From the NCBI GenBank assembly GCA_965285935.1, contig OZ260662.1, positions 43,400,001 through 43,464,000 of the forward strand: DNA of 64,000 nt, in the 5' to 3' direction. The notes under the pieces are model-generated. The model ran no database searches, was not told the DNA's origin, and worked only from the letters and a program-made list of their open reading frames with translations. Shown here in pieces: positions 53,531-64,000 of the stretch. The DNA is from Ophelia neglecta. Its lineage: Eukaryota. The translations under genes were made by a program, and so were the position numbers. The first letter of the stretch is position 1, and the number at the start of each line of letters is the position of its first letter.

Positions 53531-54039
53531 ATGGATGCTACATTGTAAGGAAAATATTCCCTTAAAAATACTTCCCGCTTGGTTAGGGCTATTCGGAACC
53601 AAAATAACAAAATATAATTCTGGAACCGTACGGAACTCCATACGTTTAGGTGAGAACTACAGAACAGGCCTACTGGCCTGAATTTACCTACCATACTGGC
53701 ATGGGGCACTCTCAATGTTATATGTAGAAGCCATAACTTTGCCACCTACAGTAATATATGCTCCGAGCGCTCCAGATCCTTGAAATAAAAATTGCCAAAT
53801 GCACTTAGGGATGTAGGATTTAAAGGTCGTTCTCCACTTAATACCCATTATAACTATTAGGTAAGTGGGTGACTAACATCTAGTAGCGAAAATTGAAAAT
53901 ATATGGAAGCTATTCTGATTAGCTTTGACATCACCATCCAATTTTATCCTAGACCTTTCTCCCAGGCCAAGTCAGGGTCCGGGTAGGCCTATAAATCACA
54001 GAAATTATAACAGTGCCTGTGTTGATGTATTTGACTCCC

Positions 54040-54525
54040 ATTCTGTAAAAACTCATAAAGACTTTTGGAGCCACTTGAAAAATATGGGATCAAGAAAAGT
54101 TCATCTGTTCCGGTGCAGGTAAGAATTGATGGTGGATTTGTTTCGGACGAGATGTTGGTTTCTGAGAAATGGGGATTGATTTTAGTAAACTCTTAGAGAT
54201 AGTGTGACTCTTAGCTCTAATTCTTATTCATAAACGAGACTTTGCTGAGAAATCAAGATTAGAGAAGAAATGAAAAGGGTTGACTATATAGGTAATTTGT
54301 ATATGAACATGGATCTTTCTATTGATAAGATTGTACGGGTTATTGATAAGGTTTTGGCTAAACAGGCATGCGGTTTGGTCGGCATTTCAAACGAAATTCT
54401 GATGTACCCACATTTTTCTTTTCTCTTGCATCAATTTTTCAAGTGATGTTTTGTGCATAGTATTGTTTCTGTAATTATAATGTAAATAAACCTATTCCTA
54501 AGGGCAGAAGCAAAATTATATAAGA
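54040..54525 (+). mobile_element. Old LINE ORF2 fragment (linker and start of RT)
   Basis: KDFWSHLKNMG...; MNMDLSIDKIVRVIDKVLAKQACGLVGISNEIL..LLHQFFK*CFVHSIV...PIPKG matches the KAxGxDxIxNE..L..LF..C...PIPK region. Confidence 0.7.
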
Positions 54526-54838
54526 AAAAATTAAGGAAACGGTGTAATCAGTGATTAAAATACAATAACCATTATGGGATAATGTTACATACTAAGTAAT
54601 TTCAAAAGTCATGTTCTTTGAAGAAGAGTGGTCCTATTCAGGAGGGAGGATTCGTTCATACAGCTGGTTTGATATGTGACTCGCCACCGGGGACGATGTC
54701 CATTGAACGAGGTCCACTGTCATACCAAGTCTCGGACGAAAGCCATTATTTCTCGGGGTGTCAGCACCCTTTTTCATTGAGATAATGTGTCTGGTTTTCT
54801 AAAAGCTGTCAAGGAATCCAATGTAATAAGTAAAGCCG

Positions 54839-54950
54839 CTTCTTCATTGGCCGTCCTGCACATTCTTTTAGTTTCTTCTTCATTGGCCGTCCTGCACATT
54901 CTTTTAGTTTCTTCTTCATTGGCCGTCCTGCACATTCTTTTAGTTTCTTC
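54839..54950. repeat. Perfect 36-bp tandem repeat x3
   Basis: CTTCTTCATTGGCCGTCCTGCACATTCTTTTAGTTT at 54839, 54875 and 54911, plus a trailing CTTC. Confidence 0.97.
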
Positions 54951-57644
54951 AACTAAAACATTTTTCAAGCCTAACTACACACAATTCGCTTGATGGCTAG
55001 CTGCCACTTTCTGCGGTCCTTCGTAATTTATGCCCTCTCCCTCTCTGGTGGCCCCTAAGAACTCAACAGCGACCCAACTTAATGCTAAATTAGGCTACCC
55101 AGCAGAATCAAATTGAAAATAAATGTTAACAGCCGGAAGACAGTAAACTGTTTCATGGCCAATTAATAATTCTATATGAGAGGACCGTTGTTACTGGTGT
55201 TAACGTCAGAGTGCTAGATGGAGAATAGGTGTATAGCCACTACTTTTGTGCTGCCCTTTACATGTGCCACATATTGCTTTTGCTTTGCACCAAATTCCGA
55301 ACAAGTCCCACTTAGAGCGATGTTCTTGTTTCCCTTACGAGCGAAAGACGTTGGTCTCAATCAAGAGACATGCTTGAAATTCTGCAAGCCATGTATAAGT
55401 TTACTATTTCCTCCGCTGGCCAATTTTCATTAAATTTAATGTTTAGTGGTCGACCATCTGCAATATCATACTCCGCCCAGTGCATTGCATCAAAAGAACA
55501 GGTAAGGCGATCTTGCATATACGACGTGCAGGCGTTCCTCCACGTTGCTATACTACACAATATATGGGGCGTGGAAGCGAGATTAAGGCGATAACACGTA
55601 GGCAGCCAAAATATTTTGTTAGCCCGGAAGTTGATTAAAAAATAACACTTACAGGTTATTACTCACATTGCATTACCGGATATTTAATGTCATTAGCCGT
55701 GCAGTGTTAAAGTATGCTGTCGTCCTGTTTACTAACAGACTTCAATACATTAAAAGATGAACTTCGAGATAGTTTCTTTCCATTTTGTAAATGGTATTCG
55801 AGCAAATTTAATTCAAAGTAGTCCCGTCTTACTGCCGTCTTTATTTCCTTACGTGCTTGCTGATAAACCGAACAACATATCCAACTGGTAAAATTAATAT
55901 AAAACTAATGCCTAAAACGTCCCAAGGGACATTCTCATAGTTTTGACATAATCAAGAAAAACCTATGTAGTTGGTCAATTAAACTGATTAGAAAACTAGT
56001 TTGTTATAATTGGTCAAGTTTCGTACATGCTTTTTCATGTTTTTAACGACTAGCTTCTTTACCATCCTTGCACAGGCGAATATTCCTCAAATCGAGACAT
56101 CAGAACTAGTTGCTTTATCCAAAAGCCATTAGAACAAAGCATATATATTACTCACTATTAGGATTACTACCGATATTGTGTTCAGTACATCCGATATACT
56201 TGCCCCAAATGAACTCGAAGAAGGCAGTTGAGTTGAATATGATTATTAAGCGTCAGACTTCTCTTTGCATCAGCAACTGTCATTATTCCTCAGTTGTCCG
56301 AGCTATTTAACCTTTCCTTGTCCACAGATATTTTTGTCTTGAGACATAAACGACAGACAAATTGTCTCCAATCTTCAAGACTGGTGACCTTTAATAGGCA
56401 CTTCTGAAATTACCTATATAAATACAACCTGTCATTTCAAAGATCATAGAAATGTAGTTTCATAACAAACTCCATTTCTATCTTTCTTATCATCTTTTGG
56501 TTCACGTGACAAACAGCGCAAACTCGGCGTATGTTTGAGGACTTGTCTAAACCTTCAGGTCTGTGGGCCTGTTTTTCTCTACAAGCGAAAGGATTTTGAT
56601 TGGGTTGAACACGGAAATTAATTTTTTTTAAACTAGAAATCTACAGTTGTGATATCCACTGTTTGCCTTGGTTAATAGTATATTGCGATTTTTTTACCTT
56701 GTCCAAGGGTGCAACATCCAGAGATTGATGTGTTTCTGTGGGCATCGCACAAGGTGCAATAATGGGGCCAATTTTCTTCTTCCTATTCTTCAATGACCTG
56801 CACTTATTCACACACTAACTGACATGGATATGTATGCCAACGAGTAAACTCTGCGATCACTGGTAAGACAGAATCTTGTTCCAATTGACTGTGATAATTT
56901 CTAAGATATCAACAGTAAATTTAGAAGTAACTCTAAACCTAAAAGACTATAAATGAGGTACATCATATGATCTGAAAGAATACTATGTGGGGCTCCAAGG
57001 TTTCCAATTTTGTTATACTTAGACTATGTTGTTACTATAACTATTCTATTAATGTATGAAATAATAATGAAAACATCATATTAATCATGAATTAATTAAG
57101 TCCTACTGACAGTCATTTCAATTGTGAAACTCGTTATCACAATTTAAGTTAACAGATATGGGAAAACCTGATTTCTTATATCAATTAAGGGTCAATCCTA
57201 GAGGCTTGACAACGTTATTTGTATGGCTCAGTCATGTTAAATCAAATGATTCTCAAGGTAAATTCCATATACGATTTAATACCATTGTAGGGTTAAAATC
57301 GGGATACATATATACATGTATGAAGTCTTATTAGCCAAATTTTAAGGAAAATTGTACAAACATAGCTTTGTATGTCATTCACGCCAGGTTGTGCCAGTAT
57401 GGCACAAACATGACGAACAAGATGTATATCTAGTATTTCGAAAGTGACTTCAAATCATTACATTTTATCAAAGAAACGAGATCATTTCGGCCCACTCTTT
57501 TGAAGATAATATTCGACTCGGACTGGTGCACACTTTGTCTAACTCAAATTACAGACGTCTAGCTTACATAACCCAACTTTAAGATTTTGTCTTTCACTGA
57601 CTTTCCAGAATGTTTATGACAACACGAAGAGCGCGTCAAACTAA

Positions 57645-58372
57645 GGGACGGACCATTTGATATCTGGGGGGGGGGGGGGGGGGGGCCTAGAAAATTTTTC
57701 TGTGACAAACTTTTTTTTTCATCTCTTTAAGGAAACAATCTTTTTTTTTCAATATACATGACCAACAAACAATTTTTTTTCACCTTTGTATAATGTAAAA
57801 CATTTGGTAGTGTTGCCCAGGTGGAGAGGCACATTCAGGGTGTATGTTCTAGTTTATTAGTGTGGTTGTGCAGAATCTGTCCAGGTTACGACCTTAGTTG
57901 ACGTAGGGCAAATGTATTTTATCACTGTATTAATTACTTAGTATTTTGTTACCTAGTCACCGAGTCATGACAGTACTAGTCATGGGTATTACTTGTTATT
58001 TGTTCACTTTATATTGATTGTGTTTGTATCTTATATTAAAATACTCATTTTTTCAATCTTTTAAACTATTGGCCTATTTGTATGTAATATAGTAAACACA
58101 TATTAGTGCCTGTCACAGCTCACATAAAAGTTTCTTAAACAAATGACTCTGACCAAAACTGCATAGCGGTTCATAAACTTCCGGGAATATCAAAAACAGA
58201 AGATTTTTTAGTTCAGACATAAAACTTTTTTTTTTGGGCATAGACAGAAACAAACTTTTTTTTTTCTTCCACCTTCAAAACAAACAATTTTTTTTCCAAA
58301 TTATTGAAAACAAACAATTTTTTTCCAAAATTTTCTAGGCCCCCCCCCCCCAAATATCAAATGGTCCGTCCC
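57645..58372. mobile_element. PIF/Harbinger-type (Tourist-like) MITE
   Basis: Perfect 19-bp TIR GGGACGGACCATTTGATAT, extended by a G-run and CCTAGAAAATTTT. TAA on both flanks (57642-57644, 58373-58375) is the 3-bp TSD typical of PIF/Harbinger. Subterminal AAAC(A)ATTTTTTT repeats; no coding capacity. Confidence 0.9.
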
Positions 58373-61300
58373 TAATATAAATTGGATGTCCAATGCCTGT
58401 TGTGACAGTTCAAATAATTATCACCTTTATTAAGGTGACTGAAGAAGGACTAACAGGATTCCCAAGAAGCCTTTAAAGGTAAATGAATTAGTGACAAAGC
58501 TTAATGAACGAGTTAATGAGTCAGCTGAATACCCATTAACATAAGGTACTCGTGTGAACTGTAAGGTAAAATAGTTACGGAGGGACTATTCAATGCACAG
58601 CCCGAAATAGTAATTTTAGTCAAAATTTTACAGTATATGACCAAATGACGATTTTAATGTGTTTTGTCTGAGGCTCCATAACCATGCTCTGGTAGAATTT
58701 TGCATCCAATTTCTTAAAAACAGGTGAATGATATCACTGTTGTCCATGTTGAGTGTCAGATACTAAAGGGATATTTTTATATATTTGGTGGAACTTAGAG
58801 GAATGGGACTTAAATAATGGTTTACAAGCGTAGGTAGTAGTATTGTCACCAACATTTGTAAGTCCAGGGACATTCGAAAAAAACAGAAGTGGACACCCGT
58901 TAAATCTTAAGCCGAGTCCTTAAATCCTTCTTATAATTTTGCAGAAGTCGTATAACCTGAAATTAAGAATTTAGAGCGGCTTGTTTCTAGAAATGAGCCC
59001 CCCTTTCATTGATTTCTATACGAATTCAATGTTATTTTGTTTTTCATGCATGAAAAGCTATTGCTCTATGACAAGTTTTTATGTACTGTATTATACAGTC
59101 TCCGGCAACGCTGTATCAGGCCACTCACAAGCCCGCCCAGATATTAGCCTTAAACTTCACTAACACGTGAGCAATCTATTTACCTGGATCTTATCCTGAC
59201 AGTTGTAACGTGTCTCCAGTGTCTGTTCACATCAAAATGTAACTTTTATTATTTGGCTAAGTTTCCTTACATCTACTGGTCCCCAGAAACATTATGAACC
59301 CAATTAATATAACCAATTGTTGTTATAAGCCTACTAGAAGAAACTGATATTAGTATTAGTACTGCCAGGTATCAGTTTGTTTCTACGCTTAAACTGTATG
59401 GCATGGATGGATTTCTGTCACTAATAATGTTAATGTGGGCTTAAAGAAGTAAGAGTTCCCTTTTTATATTGACTAAGCCACTGTCACGTTTGCAATAAAA
59501 TGATCGGCCTGACTAATTTAAATTTACATTAAGCTTTTTTCTTTAGAATGGCAGATTTTACAATCACACAGTATTATATATTATTCATCGAAGTAAATTT
59601 TTGCATTCTTACAACATGCATAAGGAATTGATTAGTTTGAACAGAGTTATAGGCGAACACAAAATAAAATTAATTCGAAAGTCGGCTAATGCAAGTTTAA
59701 ATTGTTATTTCATAACTTGGACTGCTAATTAAACACAGCTTAAGCTAAACCCACTGTTTATTACTACCATACATTGTATCAATGTACAGCACTGAACCAT
59801 ATTACACGGTTTCTTTAACATTATTTGAAAATGTGAAGAAATAAATTTTAAAAAAAAGTCTTGTAGCCAATGTGAATATGACAAAGAACCTCGATTTCTG
59901 CAAAAATATACGACAAATGTCCCAAAAATATATAAGGAGACATTGATTAAACAACTGATGATTCCGTGATGATATATGAGAAGTTATTTCTTCATGCATC
60001 TTCCAAAAGGACACTTCTTAACCAACAATTGGGTCCATTTGTCCGGCATAGCTGACAACTGTCTTGTTATAGTGTTTTTGCATGATCAATCGGACCAGTA
60101 ATAATCAGATTGTTTTTCCAAGCCCAGTTTCAGTAAAAAATAAACACGCTCTTATATATACCATACAACGCACAGCTTATGTTAATGTTTCAATTTCGTT
60201 TGACGTGCTGTCAAAATGTACAAACATAGAAAGCAATTAATTCAACTTATTTATTAATAAATATTTAATTTCACAATATGGAATAAGGGCAATACTGACT
60301 AAAAAAGGAAAGGAACGTGAATGTCTTGGGTGAAACTAAAGGGCAATTAAAGTGAAAAAGAATTTCAGTTATTAGGAAACCTAATCACAAGTCATTTATA
60401 AACTCGATTTTACACCATTCTTCTTATCTCGTGGGGGTATAATACAAAGGTAACAACTCCAAAATTCGCTTATCGAGGAAAGGCATAACATTAATTGCTT
60501 TCTTACTTGAAATGGGCTGTTTAAATTCATTACACTTGTGGCAGCTGAAGAAATTTTAGGGGCTATGCTTTCTTTTGGAAAGTTAAGTGATGCTATATTT
60601 CGAATAAATAGACCACCAGTCCGCGGTCGTAGCTAAAAACAATATCATGTCTTCTAGACGGGATTTTAATTAACATTAGGCAAATGTATATAGTTATATA
60701 CAAGTAAATTATTACGTCTTACAACATGCTTAGGGTGTTATTAGCAGGAGTCAAATAATTCTACTGATTTCTTCGCATTGCATACGTATTTGCACAACAC
60801 GTAGTTGCATCATACGTATTTGCAAAAGATAGCTATCAAAACAACAAAGAAAAGCTAAGCCAAATTTTCATAGAAGAAATGACTTTCCATATTAGTGCCA
60901 GTATTTTAAAGAAACACTCATTCTGATATAAAAAAAACTGGCAAAAAAGACAAAACTACACTTCATGAAAGTTGTGTTTATTTTTATATACATGTAGATT
61001 AATAATATTTGAAAGCCAACAAACCACAAAGCTAGGCTTTAGTTTAAAATAAATAAAATTATGCGGCAAAATATTAAAGAATTAATACTGTCATGTGCAA
61101 TATTATACAAAATTCTAAATGACAACGAATTTCTGTTAAAACGTCAATAATCATCTGGCAATAGCAAAACATAATCTTTATCCTCTTTTTGTCTATAAGT
61201 AAACGGTCAAATCTGCAGCGACAGCTACTCTGGCCTTTTATTAGTAACTTATACGAACATAATGATTATTGAACCTAAATAAACCTTTTAATACCCTTTG

Positions 61301-62988
61301 CAATATTTAGATGCATTAGGTAAGAGTTGGGTTATAGAATGACCGATATTGATGATTATATGGCTTCCAATGTAACTTTCGCAATAGCTTTTTCTTTGGG
61401 GTTTACCCAATAAGCCAACTGATTAGATGTACAATAAAACGGTTTTCACTGTGATTGTTTGCCGCTCAACTGTGTCTGATTACATTCGTATGTATCAATA
61501 CATGCTTTCTTATTCCAAGAGACAGACGCCAAAACATGAACGATATAAATATCTTCACATATGATCATATTTCATGAAAATGACTATACATGAGCATGGG
61601 ACAATGAACCAAAAACCCATCCATGAACATATCGGTATGTTGTATAACCTTTTCGCAATATTTTGTTCCGTGCCTTTACATTTGCAATCAAATCTCGCTG
61701 TTCTACATAACACTCCTGTTGTGGATGGACAAATGTATCCTCATCGATTATATATGTCGTTCATTTACTTTATACAATGGCCCCCTTCCTCGTTATCAGC
61801 ACTAACCTTTCTCAAGGAAATAAAGGTATTGCTTCGCTCACTATCTTTTCTATCCTCTCTATAATCGTATGTGTCTAAGTGAGACGTCACCGTGTATTGA
61901 GACTTTTTGGAATCGTGACGGTAAGCCATGAATTTTGCTTTGCCACATTCACAAGTTTTCTTAATTAGCGTTAACACCTGAAACGAAAAACCTGGAGATA
62001 ATTTGTATACATTTTGCAGGTTCAAACGAACAACCATGGTTCTATAACCAGCACGACTTTTTATTTGGAAGAAATTCTAGGGTCTTAACACGCTGAACCA
62101 CACATAGGCCTATTTCTGTAATAAAGACACTAGATATGCAATGTTAATTACATCATACGCGTGTATGGTTACAAAAAGTGGGTTTCATTTTAATGGTCCA
62201 TGTCACGTCTTGTACAAAATGTGATTGTCTTAAATGTAATATAGAATTAGTTTATTGGAGGGTTCAGGAGAACCACAAAAACGTGACAAATATATAAGGC
62301 AAAACAACGATATTACGATGGCAGAGGGTTTTCAATCATAAGTGTACGGTCTATTCTATAAATATATGTACACGCGCTGCACGATTGTCAGTTCTAAACA
62401 TCTGATGGAATCTTGCAGGGCAGTCACAGTCCTATTTTTCATTGCTGTTTGCGCTCTGAATTCATTCTTGAGTTGAGTTACAAAATTAGGCATTCAGGCC
62501 TCCTGCTCGTCATTCAAGCATTATATCTTCCTGTGGTGTTTAGCAATAGAACCGCCAGTTTTATTTTTCTTTTGGACAAAATCAGTCTAAGGAATATAAT
62601 TCTCCACTTAATTTGACAACTCTACAAGGCAAGTGCTCTAATCGGCTTGGTAGCTACCTTCATCTTGTCTTATGTACCCAGTCATATTCATTCAACCTTT
62701 CGTATGGTCACGAATTTTTAATTATTTTTTATGCAATATTGCAATAACAAAGAGCATGCAATATTATTCACGCAAAAGTGGAAAATTCGATCCGATGGAC
62801 CCTATTAATGACAGATGGAACAGTCTAGTATGTGTGCATGCAACACATTTCTTTCATGTTATGAACGTTCCTAGCCTGTTCAAAATATGTTTATTATTGT
62901 TGATTATATAAATGTTTAGCTGTTTAATGTATGTACTTGGCAACTTGGGCATTAAATGATTCATTTTTAGGCCTATACGACATCAATA

Positions 62989-63600
62989 AGGGTCCCCGGA
63001 GATCAGTTCCGTCATGTTCGCTAGGCGGTGCGTCATGTATCACGCCGACCCACCTGACACTACTGGTAGGGTTAAAGTTCAAAATGACGGAAAGTGGAAA
63101 GCGGACAGCGAATGTAATAAGTAAACATATATCGAAGTGGACAGTGACTGATTGCCGAAAATATTTTAAGGAACAGGATTATAACAATTCAGAATTGCGA
63201 AAGTCAGAACTTTTGAAACTGAAAGTCGACGTGATTGCGCTTCATGTGCCGGTGTTTGACACCGATGATCACCTGCGTCTTGAATCTGAATTCCATAAAT
63301 GTGATGATGGCTGTAAATTTGCCGAGTTTTTGAAGACGTGGAAGCCCCACAGTCTTTCACACAACAGAAATAGTTAGGCATGATCGTATATTCATATATC
63401 CTGCTTCAGGAAAGTTTAAGACCTAAAGAATTATAGTAAACGGCGATTATCGGCTTATACTTCCATAACACATATGTTATTAAAAAACAGCTGATTTTGT
63501 TAACCCTACTTTCTCGCAGATATCTCGCGCAATTATGACTCAACTCGGTGGCGGTGCCTGTCGGCGGTACATGTCAAATAGGATGTGTTTCCTAGTAGTG
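62989..63600 (+). pseudogene. Decayed SAP-like/SWIM-like accessory protein of a DNA transposon (ISL2EU/Harbinger-type suspected)
   Basis: From ATG 63084 the frame contains WTVTDCRKYFKEQDYNNSELRKSELLKL (SAP-like). Downstream broken remnants LKNY and GGACRR (~63550) follow. TAA|GGG at ~62986-62991 is a possible terminus. Confidence 0.45.
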
Positions 63601-64000
63601 AAAATATCTCCGGGGTCCCTTATCAAAAGTATAATCAAGGGAATAAATGAGCCAAGCTTGTCCAGCTAGCAAGGAAATATATACTGTCTGCAAATACGAT
63701 CCCGAATTGTGTAGATTTGAGAAGTATCATGCCAAGATGCAAGGTACAAAACTAAATGTTTACAGGTGTTCCAAAACATTGATATTTGCTCAAAATAAAA
63801 AAAAAGTCTTTATATGAAGACAAATACAAAATTCTACATAAAAACTCCACTGAAAAACTAATAGGCCTAATACAGTAACATAATTAAAAACCTAAACTGT
63901 TAAATACTCACTATCTGCATACTGCGTGATTTGAACTTCATGCATATTGACAGCAAAATGCAAATATCAAAGAAGATTCAAATATTATTCAAATTTTTCA

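Noticed and set aside
53293-53745. 150-aa minus-strand ORF
   Set aside because: It is an R/S/F/P-rich product of a degenerate periodic repeat and has no domain signature.
59450-61350. Long AT-rich stretch as a minus-strand 3' UTR
   Set aside because: This is a compositional impression only; no terminal coding exon was found.

Overview
AT-rich, gene-poor eukaryotic (animal) genomic DNA. Poly-G/C runs, a (GA)n tract, a tRNA-derived SINE and many LINE fossils suggest a marine invertebrate, possibly echinoderm-like (inference only). I find no intact host protein-coding gene, operon, rRNA or CRISPR array, and most ORF-track entries are noise. The dominant feature is a ~4.6 kb, mildly decayed two-ORF non-LTR retrotransposon on the minus strand (~22381-27030), with ORF1, APE endonuclease, RT, a C-terminal CCHC knuckle, a 3' stem-loop and a (TAAA)n tail. 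Other well-supported features are a SINE with a 12-bp TSD (20719-20925), a PIF/Harbinger-type MITE with a TAA TSD (57645-58372), further MITEs, several older LINE fragments, a perfect 36-bp triplication and a ~939-bp tandem duplication (49551-51476). The duplication carries arrays of 21-bp palindromic NotI-core repeats, and copy 2 has gained a fold-back inversion. The most intriguing observations are strong enrichment of the palindrome TAGGCCTA (present in one duplicate copy and absent from the other, as expected of a transposon excision footprint), the phased palindromic array, and a possible decayed Polinton/Maverick packaging ATPase. I cannot demonstrate a new biological system from the sequence alone; these are leads.
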